Shown: positions 49,430 through 61,360, counted from the stretch's first letter. The stretch is DNA of 64,000 nt from Antechinus flavipes (GCF_016432865.1 NC_067398.1:81220001-81284000), one strand, 5' to 3'. The notes: generated from the sequence alone by a model not told the origin. A program made the numbers and translations.

Positions 49430-50520
49430 CTCTACTAACCATGTTTTGGCAGAAAGACAAAAGGAAAACATATGCTTCAATCTGCATTCTTGAGTTCACC
49501 AGATTTTCTATCTGAAAGTGGATAGCATTTTTTCATTTTGAATCTTTTGTTGTTGTATTGGTCAGAATGACTACTAAGCCATGGATTACAGTATTACTGT
49601 TGCTTTGTAGTATGTTCTCCCGTTTGTGCTTACTTCATTTTGCATCAATTCCAAGTTTTTCTGAGACCATCCCCTTCATCATTTCTTATAGCATAATAGT
49701 ATTTTTCTTTGCTCTCTGGGAGATATAAATCTAATAAGATTGCTGGGTCAAAACGTGCAATTTTATAGCACGTGGAGTACAGTTGCAAATTGTTTTCTAA
49801 AATGATTGGACCAGCAGGCACATCCCTTCTAGCATTTCTCACTTTTCTGTCTTAGCCATTAGATTCCTCTATTACGCTTTAAAACATTTTTGTTGGATTA
49901 TGAAAACTGCCTGTTCACATGCTTTGAAAAATGGGTCTTATTTTTATAAATGTAACTGATTTCCCTATATATTTGAAAAATAAGACCATTTTGATTTAAT
50001 TGGTTCTGTTTGTACAAAAATGTTAATTTTATAGTCAAAATTATCCGTTTTGCCTCCTATGAACCTATTTCTCTCTCCAATCATTTACTCTTCCCCTTTT
50101 TTTTTTCCCCATGCTTCTTTGATGTGCTTATGGTATTTATCAATTCTTTCTGATATGGGCCCATTTTGAGCTTATTTTGGCATGTGGTATGTTGGTCTGT
50201 GCCTAGTTTTGGCCAGACTACTTTCCAGTTTCCCAGCAGTTTTTATTAAATAGTGAATTCTTGCCCAATAGCTGGTATCTTTGGAGTTACCAAATACTAT
50301 GTTATTGCACTTACTTGTTTCTGTATATTGTGTACCTAATCTATTCCTTTAATCGGCCATTCGATTTCCTCCAGTAACAAATTGTTTTTGATGATTTTTT
50401 TTAAAAATCAGTTTGATGGAATTGTTTTTGGTATCGCTTGAGATACCGGTAGGCCCTTTGGAAGCATTTTTTAAAATATACTCTTGTAGAGTTGGCTTTA
50501 GTATATCATATGGTTCTAGA
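49430..50520 (-). mobile_element. Degraded L1 fragments in RPL29 intron 3
   Basis: Antisense L1 ORF2/3'UTR-like motifs; account for about 1 kb of the 3.6-kb intron. Confidence 0.65.
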
Positions 50521-51954
50521 ATCTCTGGTGATTAGACATAGAAGAAACTCTAGAGATTGTGTAGTCCAAAAAAATTAAGCTTTTTATTAATAAGCCACAT
50601 GATAAGAAATCCATGTGGTTTTGAATCAAATGAATCTAAAGATTACGTTCAGCTTCAATTAAAAGACAAAATAATTGAAGCTGACCAGCATGGTGCCTGA
50701 TAAGTCTCTTATACAGTCTTAAGTCAGTTGAGGGGGTGTTTAGGACCAGTCACTAATTTATAGGCCAATTAGGTTTGTTCAGGTTTAATGTCTTCATTTT
50801 GTAGGTAGGAAAGTGGAGGTAGTTGTCTCAAACATTATATAGCACAGTAGTTACAGACCTGGACTGGGCCTTAGGTTCATGGGACTCCATATATAAGTGC
50901 TTATTCTGTGCAAAGCACTGGGAATACTACTGCCTCCCAGAGATCTCAGGTTCTCTGGCTAGGGATAGGTGTAAACATGGAAATATTTTAAATATATAAA
51001 ATGTATGTACAGAATAGGGAGAGGGTAGTCTCCTGGAAGAGAAGCTATTAGGCAGTAAACATCTTTTAATACCTGCTGTATGCCAGGTACCATGCTACTA
51101 AGCATTGGGGTGAAAGATAGTCCCTGTCTTCAAGAAGCTCACTCTTTCGGGGGAAGCATGCAAACAAGCTATATACAGGATAAATTGAAAGATAGCTGGG
51201 GAGATTTGGAAAAGGTGACATTTAAACTGAACCCTAAAAAACGGGAAGGGAAATTTAAGAGGCAGAGGAGAGGAAGAAAATTCTGGGTGTGAGGATAGAG
51301 AGATATGGAGAAAACAATAAGCATAAGAATAGCAGAGAGGTAGAAAGAGGACAGATGAATGTTTTACATGCCAAAATAAGATTAAGACAGATTCAGGAAT
51401 TTAAATGCCAAATATAAGACTGGATGGATCCTGGGGCCACATCATTTTGGCAGCTACTTGGAGCTAGAAATTTGTTGCCTTTTGATTAGAAAGAGCAGCA
51501 AGGATAGAAGTGAATTGGGCTGGCGACTATGAGAAAAGTGCTTATATGCAAGAGGTACCGTCAGTCTATTCTGATCACACCTGGATATGTGGGGCATTAA
51601 TCCCACGTGGCAGCAACTCTCCTTCAAGAATAGAGGTTGAGGGTGACACTGGGTAAGATTGCTGGTCTGAAAACTGGACACCTGTGGTGCCTTGACAGTA
51701 ACAGGACAGTTGTAGAGGCTGATTGCTGCTTTGGGAAGTGTGGTGGTCTTGGAGATTTCCAGAAGGCCAGTGTAGGTGTGATGCTGGAGCTCCAGAGAGT
51801 AACCAGACCTGGGTCAAATGTGTGGAGGTGTTTGTTGAATAGATGGCAGCTGGTGGGTAGTCAGATGTGGAGAGGAGAGGGCCCAGGATGAGGCCCAGAG
51901 CTCCTGGCCAGGGCGAAGTTGTAAAGACATTTCTGTGCATTGCTTGTCTTGCAG

Positions 51955-52596
51955 GTTGACCCTAAGTTTCTGAGAAACATGCGCTTTGCCAAGAAACACA
52001 ACAAGAAGGGGCTGAAGAAGATGCAGGCCAACAATGCCAAAGCCATCAAGGCCCGAGCAGAGGCCATCAAGGCCCTGAGCACTAAGGCCTCGAAGGCCAA
52101 GCTTCTCAGGCCCAAGATTTCCAAGGCCACTGCCCGCCGTGCTGGCAACAAAATGGCCACCAAGCGTCCAGCCCCTAGAGTTGGCATCAAACGCCCAGGC
52201 CCCAAGATCACAAAGCCCGATTCTAAGGTTGCCAGAACCACTGAACCCAAGACAGCCAAGCCCACCGATCCCAAGGCCACGAAGCCCACTAAGCCCACTG
52301 ACCCCAAGACCGCCAAGCCCACTGATCCTAAGGTCACCAAGTCTGGCGCCAAGGTCACCAAATCTGATCCCAAGGCTACCAAACCTGGCCCCAAAGTCAC
52401 CAAGTCCGACACCAAGGTCGCCAAACCCGATCCCAAGGCAGCCAAGTCTGATCCCAAGGCAGCCAAGTCCGATCCCAAGGCTGCTAAGTCTGGTTCTAAG
52501 GCCACAAAGCCCAGTGATTCCAAGGCTGCTAAGCCTGCCGAGTCCAAACCCAAAGATGCTGGGGCTAAAGCTTCTGGTCCCAAGCCTTCAAAATAA
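51955..52596 (+). CDS. RPL29: eL29 terminal coding exon (gene exon 4) with long repeat extension; full protein 247 aa
   Basis: Acceptor TTGCAG| at 51954. Encodes [41 protein letters not shown] followed by a K/P/A/T/S/D-rich tail. Tandem stops TAA TAG at 52594-52599. Confidence 0.97.
   Translation, partial: VDPKFLRNMRFAKKHNKKGLKKMQANNAKAIKARAEAIKALSTKASKAKLLRPKISKATARRAGNKMATKRPAPRVGIKRPGPKITKPDSKVARTTEPKTAKPTDPKATKPTKPTDPKTAKPTDPKVTKSGAKVTKSDPKATKPGPKVTKSDTKVAKPDPKAAKSDPKAAKSDPKAAKSGSKATKPSDSKAAKPAESKPKDAGAKASGPKPSK
52207..52593 (+). repeat. RPL29: Coding 21/24-nt tandem repeat in RPL29 exon 4
   Basis: GATCCCAAGG recurs at 52429, 52450 and 52471 (period 21). Perfect 9-nt duplication AAGCCCACT at 52282-52299. 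Confidence 0.9.
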
Positions 52597-52682
52597 TAGA
52601 TGCTTCAGGACAGAAGGACTTGTTTAAAACCTACGCCACCGTTTTTTCCTAGCCAGGGTATGATTATTCACTATTTTGTACA

Positions 52683-52688
52683 AATAAA
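52683..52688 (+). terminator. RPL29: RPL29 polyadenylation signal
   Basis: AATAAA in the context CTATTTTGTACAAATAAA, 86 nt after the stop, with an upstream TGTA (CFIm-type) element. Confidence 0.85.
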
Positions 52689-55600
52689 GGAAATGGTGAG
52701 TCATAAGAATTAGTCTTTCTGTTGTCAAATCTAGGAGTGGAATGGAGAGGGGGGTCTGCAAGCCCAGCTGGGGAGCCCTCAGCATTGTGGAGTTCTTAAA
52801 GCACTCAGTCTTTTAAAGGACGTAATACATTATCAGCAATTTGTAGATGAGGAAATGTAGGTTCGGAGTAATTGTGAAACACACACAGTTTCACATGAGG
52901 AGGTTGGGACCTTGGCAAAGTAACAGGCAAAAAATGTCTCTTTGGTATAAACCTTTGGCTCTGCTTATTTACTGTTTGACTTGAAGCAGATCTCAGTCTC
53001 TTTAGCCTGAATTTCTGTAAAATGTGAAGGGATTGGACTGGTTGAGAACCTTCCAAGTTCCTATAGTTCTTGGTAAAAATCACAGAATCATATTAAGAGT
53101 GAGCGGCTGTTTTAAAAGATGGCTTCCGCTCATCTCTGAGCGTGAGTGGAAGCCACTCTGAGGAGAATGCAGATTCAGGCTGCCAATAGAAAACTTTAGT
53201 GGGAAAGGCACAGAGTTTGGAGCCTAGGGACTTTGTGCTCTCTGTTACCCTAAGTGACCACATCTGTACCTGTTGTCCATACACACACAATCCATTCTGG
53301 ACCTCCATTTCTTCACCTTCATTGAGGTTATAGACTGACCCATCAAGTTCATCCCACATGTGATCCAAAGCCATCAGAACTTAAAGCCAGAATACTTTGA
53401 AGGCCACAGTTCCCTTCACCCCATCCCTCAAAGTGTCTGTTCCATACAATTACTTCCACATTCTGTGCCTCCAGGGAAGGGCGGGCAGCAAGCAAAGAAT
53501 GTAGCTATTTACCACCCTGCATCCAATATCCCTATTCTGCAGGTCCCTGGGGAGCTCTGAAGAATGTGGTCACCAGTGTTCTGGTCTTGAACATTAACTA
53601 TCATTAACTCCTAAGTGTAGCACTAAGTCACCAGAAACCTGGTTTCTCACATTTAAAAGCATGAGACCTGCCTTCCTTATTTGGTCTTGGAACTTTTAAA
53701 GACTACTTGTCCAAGACTTCAGTCCAGCCAGAAATGCATTAATACCTAGTTCTAGATAAGTATATGGACTCAAAAATCACTGTTTTTGAGTTACATAAAA
53801 GAATTTGGTGATTTTTCTAATCCCAAACCTTCAGTTTGGGAAGCTCTCAATCAGGAACAATAATGCTCATACTGCTGGACTAAAAACCAGATAAAGGGAT
53901 CTGGGGAAAGAAAATTCTCAGCAACCCCAGAAAGCTGGTCATTTTCTCTGGGAGCAAACAAAAACACTCAGCAAAGGAAAAGTTATGGCCTGGAAGACCC
54001 TTAGCAATTTGTATGCTGGGATTGAGAGTTTGGGCTGTGGATAATGGTAGAGGAAAGTAGGGGCTTGGATCCTTGAATAGGGCTTCATCCTGGGAATCTA
54101 AGCTCCCCTTTGCTGGAAACCATCAATCCAAGCTGGATTTTGCTTTGCCTCTGAGCTGCTTCAACCCTCCTTCGCTTCCATATCACTCTGTGACTGGGCT
54201 CTGCCTTCTGGATGAGCTTCTGCTTTAAGATCGAGGGCAGAGTTTGGACTAGGCCACTTTGAGCAGTTCCCCTCTCTTTGTTGGTTCATACTTAGTTTTT
54301 CACTTCCGTGTCAGGGGTGCCTAAAAAAGAGGATCTGCTTCCTCCCCCTTCGAGCATGCTCCTTAGCCCTGAGATAAGGGTTTTTCCTTGGATTTCTGTC
54401 TCTCAGCTTCATCCCTCTCCCTGGGCTCTGAATTCAGTGCCTCATAGCCTTGCCTTGCCTTACTCCCAGGTCACACACACTGATGTCTCCTTAAAATGAA
54501 AATTTGGTGGGGCTTTTCCTGCATTTACTGGACCCAGTTTTTGGAGGTTTGACCCTTTGAGCCAATGCAACCAATTGCAGCATCTGCCTTCCAGGGGCCT
54601 AAGGTTCCCTGGAATTCATTGAAACTCATTCAGACTCCAAGGTCTCTAGCATTTCAAAATCTTGTGGGAAGATTTGTTTTATATTGGTTTGGAGGGGTGC
54701 TAGGGAATCACAGGTTCCAGGTAATATTACTCTCCTTTCTCTTTGAGGACAATCCACAAGCATTTATTATGTACTAAGTACTGAGCCAGGCCTAAATGTT
54801 AGTACTCCTCCAGAAGCTTGTATTCTGAGTACACGGTAAACACATAGAAGTAATTTAGGTAATTTGGGGAGATTAACAGAAGTAGCTGCATGCCATTGGG
54901 CACAGATGGGGTCCCTGAACTGAGTCCTGAGAAAATAGGATTTCTAGAGGGGGGGAAGAGCAGGTGCTGCATTCAGGCACGGGGTACAAAAGTGCCAGTA
55001 GAACAAACACAGGAGGTAGAAAAATGAGACCACATTGACCTAAGGAAGCCTGCCATGGACATCTCTCCCTTACTGGATAAATCCCAATGGCTCTTTATTA
55101 TCTGTAGCATTGATATAAGGATAATTTATTTCTTAATTTACATTTCCACAGTGTACAAAGTATCACCACCATCATCTCGGAAGGTAAGTGCTTACAAGTT
55201 CATGATTCACATTTTGCAAGTAAGAGCAGAGCCTCCTAACCAGACATTCTTGACATGTTCTTGCCCAAAGTCAGAGGCAGCATTCAGTCTCCCACCTCCA
55301 ATCTCCCTCTAGCAGCATCAGAAAGCTGGAGTTAGGACAGACCAATCAACCACCCTAAAGAGCAGGATCTCTGCCAGAAAGTGGGAAATGATCAGAAGCT
55401 CCCAATGCCTTCCCCTGCCGACAGGATACACATTGAGATTCCAACCCCTTGTGAGCATCCCCGTGCCATAACATTTTTTCCCCCAGGCTCATCTGGGAGT
55501 GCTTTTCTGCTCCAGATCCAAATCCCAACTCCTCTCTTCAAGGCAACCCCCTCCAAGAGCACCAGTGAGCTCCTCCATGCATTTCTAAGTTCTTTCCTCT

Positions 55601-57171
55601 GACCCAGCCCTCCATACCTGTTTTGGGACTCCTATCATTTAAAGCTCATTTCAAATGACACTTTATATAATTTTCTGATCCCTCTGTTTTCTAAGGGGCT
55701 TCCACTTAGACACCATGTAGTTCTTTTTGGCCTACATCTTCAAGGCACTTTGTGAAAATAATTTCACTGATGCTTTCTTCCAACTTGACCATCATTTTGA
55801 AAGGATCATCTGTCCCACAGAATCCCCCTTTGAAAAAATAGGAAAAAACCCCAAAACAACCAAACCAAAAAATTCCAGTCCATTGGCTAGGTTTGTAAAT
55901 GTCTCATTTCATACCTGTAGTCTAACACCTCTTTGCCTAGAAGTGGAAAACAGGCTTCACCAAGCCCTGAAGTCTTTCAGTGTTTCTCTTCACATTTCTG
56001 TGGTCATTGTATATATCCATAAGTAATTAGGGGAACTAGTGCAATGGCTAGCCTAGGACCGCAGTCAGAAGGACCCTAGTTCCAATGTGACCTCATAACT
56101 CACTAGTTGTGGCCCTGAGCAAATCACTTCACCTGTTTGCCTCAGTTCCTCACCTATAAAATTAATGGCACCTACTTTGCTGGGTTGTTGTGAGGATCAA
56201 GTCGTTGTAAAATGCTTAGCATAGTGCCTGACACGCTATATAAGTGTTAGTTATGTGTTACTACTTATGAAATAGCTCTCCTGGTTCCAAACACATCTTC
56301 TCCAAATTTCTCTGAATCTTTTTTAAAGAAACTTTTCTTGATATCATTTGTTTTTACATGACTTTTATTTGTGAATAGTCTTTGAATCTTTTGACAATTA
56401 TTTCTTATGACAAATGTTAATTACAGTGAACAAGAATATGTTCAATTATTCTCTAATCAGTGGGCATCCACTTTCATTTTAGTCTTTTGCTACTACCAAA
56501 AAATATCCACTGCAAGTATTTTTGTTTTTCTAAGTCCTTTCCTTCAGCCATTGACCTCCTGGTGTTAATGCCTGGTAGTGGTATCCCTGGAGCAATTGAA
56601 CTGTTGACTACAAGTCCCAAATAATTTCCAGAATGGTTGGATCAAGAGCGGGTATTAGTGCGGAGCCTGTCTTCCCTGAGGGGTTTCCCAACAGATGGAG
56701 GGAACTGCTATTTGATCTCCTTGTGCCTCGGCCCCATTCTGCCTTTAATAAATGCTCGCTGACTTGTTAGCGCTTCTCTCCCCCTCCCATAGCTTGCCCT
56801 GTACTGGAGTAAACCATCCACCTCGCGTGCTGGGGTGGGTGCAGTGGGTAGAGCCAAGTGCAAATCCGCCCTCAGACGAGCAGTAGGGCACGACTTCGGG
56901 CAAGTCACTGAATTAGCTCTCCCTGCCTCAGTTTCCTCATCTGTAAAGGCAGCTGGCAAGCAAATGGCAGCACTCCCACCCAACCACATCACTCGTCGGT
57001 GGGCAGGCGCGGGACCGGACATCGGCCCTCCAGGTCCAGCGTTGTGCCCCTCTCCTTCCACCCCTTTTCTCCTCCCACAGAACCTAGCGAGGGCAGCTGC
57101 TCGGTGCGAAGAGGAGGAAGGCAGTGTGCTGGGGAGAGGGGAGACAGGACAGCTCAGCACCAAAACGAGGC

Positions 57172-57177
57172 TTTATT
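57172..57177 (-). terminator. ACY1: ACY1 polyadenylation signal
   Basis: TTTATT on + (AATAAA on -), ~110 nt after the ACY1 stop codon. Confidence 0.85.
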
Positions 57178-57287
57178 GGAGGTCTGGGTCTTTGGTTCCT
57201 AAGGGGAGCTAAGGGGAGCCCCCAGGCCCGAGCGGTGGGGAGGGGAAGGCACTAGGAGGGGCCGTAGGCTGCTGGTAGCCGCCGCAG

Positions 57288-57452
57288 TTAGCACTCGTTG
57301 GGCAGGGCCGGCAGGCTGGCCAGGGCAGGCAGCAGGCGGGCGTAGATGTCAATGCCCCGAAGGAACACGGCTTCGTTCAGGAACTCGTTGTGGTCGTGCA
57401 GCAGGACGGGGGTGTGGTTCATCGGGGAGAAGCCCAGCGCTGGGACCCCTGC
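57288..57452 (-). CDS. ACY1: Aminoacylase-1 terminal exon 15
   Basis: 165 nt, [57 protein letters not shown]. Contains the LHDH zinc-ligand His. Exons 4-15 splice in frame to 355 aa. Confidence 0.96.
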   Translation of the reverse strand, partial: AGVPALGFSPMNHTPVLLHDHNEFLNEAVFLRGIDIYARLLPALASLPALPNEC

Positions 57453-57659
57453 CTGCAAGCATGTGGGTGCATCAGGGCAGGGCTCACCCTCCTGCCTGGT
57501 GGAGCCAGCCTGGCCTCTCCCCCCCGCCGTGCCCCCTGGAATGGGGCACCCTCGGTTCCCTCAGACGGAAGTCCAGGACCCGCCTGCCCATCCCAATCCG
57601 CACGCCGGCCGGTTGCCTCCCACCGCCCCGATCCCAAAGCGGAGGCTGGAGGGACTCAC

Positions 57660-57720
57660 GGCTCGGAGGTACCGGCTGTCGGTGGCAGCTGGGAAGATCT
57701 CGGGCTTCACACTGAGATTC
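57660..57720 (-). CDS. ACY1: Aminoacylase-1 exon 14
   Basis: 61 nt, NLSVKPEIFPAATDSRYLRA; GTGAGT donor. Confidence 0.96.
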
Positions 57721-57835
57721 CTGGCAGGGGAAGACACGAAGGTCTTTACCAGTGGGGAGGGGGCGTCCCACCAGCCGACCGCATCAAAGGGAGGAAGGGA
57801 AGGACGGCAGGGGACCGAAGGCGGGTCTTACTTAC

Positions 57836-57915
57836 ATCTCCCTACAGACTCTGCTGAACTCGGCCCACCACGGGTTGGAGTCGTCTGTGGCTGTGATTCG
57901 GGGCTCTGTCCATTT
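57836..57915 (-). CDS. ACY1: Aminoacylase-1 exon 13
   Basis: 80 nt, [26 protein letters not shown](M); GTAAGT donor. Confidence 0.96.
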
Positions 57916-58098
57916 CTGGGGGGGAGCAGATAAAGCAAGGATCAGAGAAAGTCCATCCCCGATCCCTCTCAGGGGAATGACCCCCAAGCTCGCGGGGACA
58001 AACATCCACAAACATGGGAGCACGCCTGGGACCACTCACTGCTCCAGACGGGAAAAAGGCTCCCAGGTGGGGGGGGGGGGTTCAGGGTGGCCACGTAC

Positions 58099-58167
58099 CT
58101 GGTGAAACTTGTAGGTGACCCCTTCCCCAGCCTCCCGGCACCAGCCCTGAATCTGCTCCTCAAAGGC
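58099..58167 (-). CDS. ACY1: Aminoacylase-1 exon 12
   Basis: 69 nt, AFEEQIQGWCREAGEGVTYKFHQ; TAG acceptor, GTACGT donor. Confidence 0.95.
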
Positions 58168-58494
58168 CTAGGAGACACAACAGAGAGAGGAGGTAGCGCC
58201 CCCGGCCCTGGCATCCGACCCCCGGAGCCGCTGCTGACAAGGGGAGGGCGAGGGGAGGAGGAGTCCGGGAGGGACAACAGCCCCAGTCCCCGCTCTCTAG
58301 GAGCCCCCCCAGAGCTACAGCAAGCACGGCCATCCTCAGCTGGGGGATCAGGAGAGGGCCGGGAGAGGGGGGGGCCAAGTCATGGCAGCCAGCAAGTCCT
58401 AGGGGGGAGCCCCGAGGCCCCCGCCGGGAGCAGAGTCAGTCGGGGACTGGGGGGGGCCAGCCTGAGTCAGGAAGGCGCCTCCCTGCCCCCGCAC

Positions 58495-58639
58495 CTTGAG
58501 GTCCACATCTGGAGCAACTCGAAAGTCAAAGCTGGCGCTCATGGTGGCCGGCACCACATTGAAGGCAACTCCTCCCTTCAGGATGGTCAGGTTCACCGTG
58601 GTCACGGCCCCCAGGCTCAGGTTGGGGTTGGAGCGGAGC
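58495..58639 (-). CDS. ACY1: Aminoacylase-1 exon 11
   Basis: 145 nt, [48 protein letters not shown] (dimerisation domain). Confidence 0.96.
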
Positions 58640-58769
58640 CTGGGGAAAGGAGAACGCTCAACCCCGGCCCTTCCCCACGGCCCCGACCCAAGGGCCCCCG
58701 GCGAAGAGGAGGGGGAGGAAGGCCGGTCCAGGGGCAGGAACCAGGGAGGGAGGGAGGGGAAGCTCTCAC

Positions 58770-58819
58770 CGCTGATTCTCCTGCTCTCGGAACTTCAGCA
58801 CGGAGGTGACCACCTTATG
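58770..58819 (-). CDS. ACY1: Aminoacylase-1 exon 10
   Basis: 50 nt, [16 protein letters not shown](R); CAG acceptor, GTGAGA donor. Confidence 0.95.
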
Positions 58820-58912
58820 CTGTAGAGCCCCCCGGGGGGGAAAGGGGGGTCAGCCAGGGTGCTCCACTGACAGCCCGCCCCCTCCTCCGGCTTCCCAACC
58901 CCCTCAACTCAC

Positions 58913-58986
58913 CAGCTTCTCTGCGGCCGTATTCTCAATGAAACGCGAGCCGTGGCCTGGGTTCCCAGAGCTGGTGACGCACAGCC
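58913..58986 (-). CDS. ACY1: Aminoacylase-1 exon 9
   Basis: 74 nt, (W)LCVTSSGNPGHGSRFIENTAAEKL; contains the PGH motif. Confidence 0.96.
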
Positions 58987-59125
58987 CTGGTGGGCAGAGG
59001 GGGCCGGAGGGAGAGGCTCGTTAGTCTTCCCCAGCCGACTAAGGGACCCCCCAGGGAAGGGAAGGGCCCCACCCTGGACCTGAGCTCCCCCAACTTCCCC
59101 GGCACCAGGGAAGGGCTCTACTCAC

Positions 59126-59182
59126 ACCAGGGGCTCCGCTCGCTGTAGAAGACCGTGAAGGTTTCTGTAGGGCTAGCCAAGC
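59126..59182 (-). CDS. ACY1: Aminoacylase-1 exon 8
   Basis: 57 nt, GLASPTETFTVFYSERSPW; TAG acceptor, GTGAGT donor. Confidence 0.96.
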
Positions 59183-59244
59183 CTACGCAGGGAGGAGTGG
59201 GATGTCAAGAGGGAGTCTGTCCCAGCCCAGACTCAGGCCACTCA

Positions 59245-59450
59245 GGCCCAGACCCAGGCCACTCAGACCCCCACCCAGCGCCGGGACCCAGGCCCAGACC
59301 CAGGCCACTCAGACCCCCAGCCAGCGCCGGGACCCAGGCCCAGACCCAGGCCACTCAGACCCCCACCCAGCGCCGGGACCCAGGCCCAGACCCAGGCCAC
59401 TCAGACCCCCACCCAGTGCTGGGACCCAGGTCACTCAGACCCCCCCCCCC
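59245..59450. repeat. 46-bp GC-rich minisatellite in ACY1 intron 7
   Basis: Four near-identical units GGCCCAGACCCAGGCCACTCAGACCCCCACCCAGCGCCGGGACCCA starting at 59245, 59291, 59337 and 59383, plus partial units. Confidence 0.95.
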
Positions 59451-59453
59451 TCA

Positions 59454-59672
<219 letters not shown>

Positions 59673-59706
59673 CTACTCCCTTACTCTCAACCCCCAAGAG
59701 TCATAC

Positions 59707-59783
59707 CTGGGACAAATGTCAGGTGAATGGTCCTGGGAAAAGACTTCCCTTCTGCTTTTAGCCTCCGAACAGCCTCCAGGTAC
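59707..59783 (-). CDS. ACY1: Aminoacylase-1 exon 6
   Basis: 77 nt, [25 protein letters not shown]; CAG acceptor, GTATGA donor. Confidence 0.96.
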
Positions 59784-59900
59784 CTGGGGGGACAAGGGTG
59801 AGACACAGAGTCCATTCAAGAGTGAGGCAGGTATGGAGTCCAGATAATCCAAGGTCCAAGGTCCCACAACTGACCCCCCACCAAGAATCTCAGGTTTTCC

Positions 59901-60232
59901 CTGAGAAAGACGTGGGAACTGAGTGTGGACCTCTCTTTCTGTTGTTGTTTGCTTGCATTTTGTTTTTTTCTCAGTTTTTTTCTTTCTTGATGCAATTTTT
60001 CTTGTACAGCAAAGTAACTATAAATATGTATACATATATTGGATTTAACATATACTTTAACATATTTAACATGTATTGGTCAACCTGCCATCGGGGGGAT
60101 GGGATGGGATGGGATGGGGAGGAGGGGAAAAATTGGAACAAAAGGTTTGGCAACTGTCAATGCTGTAAAATTACCCATGCATATAACTTGTAAATTAAAA
60201 GCTTTAATTTAAAAAAAATAAAAAATAAAAAA
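59901..60232 (+). mobile_element. L1 3' end in ACY1 intron 5 (antisense to gene)
   Basis: L1 3'UTR plus A-tail; perfect 18-bp TSD AAGAATCTCAGGTTTTCC (59883-59900, 60233-60250). Confidence 0.9.
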
Positions 60233-60599
60233 AAGAATCTCAGGTTTTCCAAGGATCTGGGGTGGAGAGGACATCTCAGAAGATCTAGTTCTAAGTACCC
60301 TTTTAACATCCCAAAGATCCATTAAAAGGAGAATATAAAACTTCTTCCAGTCTCCACCCAAAATGGCCAGTGATGAGAAACCCAGTGATTTGTGAAGCAG
60401 CCTGTTCCGCTTGGGGGCAGCTGTCCTTTTATCAAAAGGACATCTACCTCTTTGATCTTGTACCCAGAGCTCCCAATTCTGGCCTCCTGGTAATAGCAGA
60501 ACCAGCCTTGTGACTTTCAGTGACAGCCCCTCAGATACTCGTAGATAGCTCCCACCTCAAGCAACAACCCAGCCACAAACGTGAAGGGCCTACTATGTG

Positions 60600-61360
60600 C
60601 CAACCACACCAGCACTCCCGAGGACCTTATTTTGCCAAGTCTTTTCTTGGCCAGGCTAAATGATACTAATTCCTTCGGCCTATAATCTTGTGACTTGCTA
60701 TGGGTGGTCACCTTTCTCTGGTTAGGCCCTCCCTAAAGTGTGGGGCCTGCTAGATTGTGATTGTCATTGTCTTTTGCCTTTTTCGGTCTCCTTGTGTTCC
60801 GCACAGTGCCTGACATAGAGAAGATATCTAATAAATGTTTACTGACTGACTCTTCTAAATTCAGTCTGAGCAGGGAAGAGAACTGACTACGGTGCTATCA
60901 TTTCCCTCCACATGCACATTATGACTCTGCCAATATGGCCTAAAATTCTATTACCCCCCTGCAGTCTGCCCCATCCCACTGTTAACTCCCAGGGAGCCTT
61001 TGGTCTGCCAAAACCCCATCTCCTGTAAGCGACTTGAAAACAGGGACTATTTCCACATCTCTCCATCCGGTACTTGTACGGTTGGTTTGGTTTTTTAATC
61101 CAGGTAGGATTTTGCCTTTGCCTCCTATTAAATTGTATCTTCTTTTGAACTTAATTTTGTCCCCCAGCATATTAACTTTCTATCATCTGCAAATCTGAGA
61201 ATCATACCACCTTTGCTTTCATACAATTCATTAGCCAGCACCAGATAGAATGAAGACATACTAAAAGGTACCATCAATTACCAGCAGGAAGCAGAAGCAA
61301 GTTGATCCAGCGTCAGCAGTGTGATAGAGCAGCTGGCAAAAGCTCATGCTCTCCTAGACA
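60600..61360 (-). mobile_element. L3/CR1 fragments in ACY1 intron 5
   Basis: Antisense CR1-like motifs, interrupted by L2/MIR tail sequence. Confidence 0.55.

Noticed and set aside
48346-51954. Possible intronic snoRNA in RPL29 intron 3
   Set aside because: No convincing C/D box pair seen; H/ACA candidates cannot be judged by eye. An Infernal/Rfam scan would be decisive.
51861-52583. 240-aa antisense ORF with LGSDLAA-like leucine heptads opposite RPL29 exon 4
   Set aside because: Shadow frame. The leucines are the reverse complement of Lys AAG codons, the frame opens on TTG rather than ATG, and it stays open only because TCA/TTA/CTA codons are absent from the sense frame.
52207-52593. Regular repeats as a CRISPR-like array (also 59245-59450)
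   Set aside because: Head-to-tail tandem repeats without unique spacers in a mammalian genome; no cas genes.
57346-58825. Several long + strand ORFs (195, 155, 240 aa) opposite ACY1
   Set aside because: GC-rich antisense frames spanning ACY1 exons and introns; Gly/Pro/Arg-rich with no recognisable domain.
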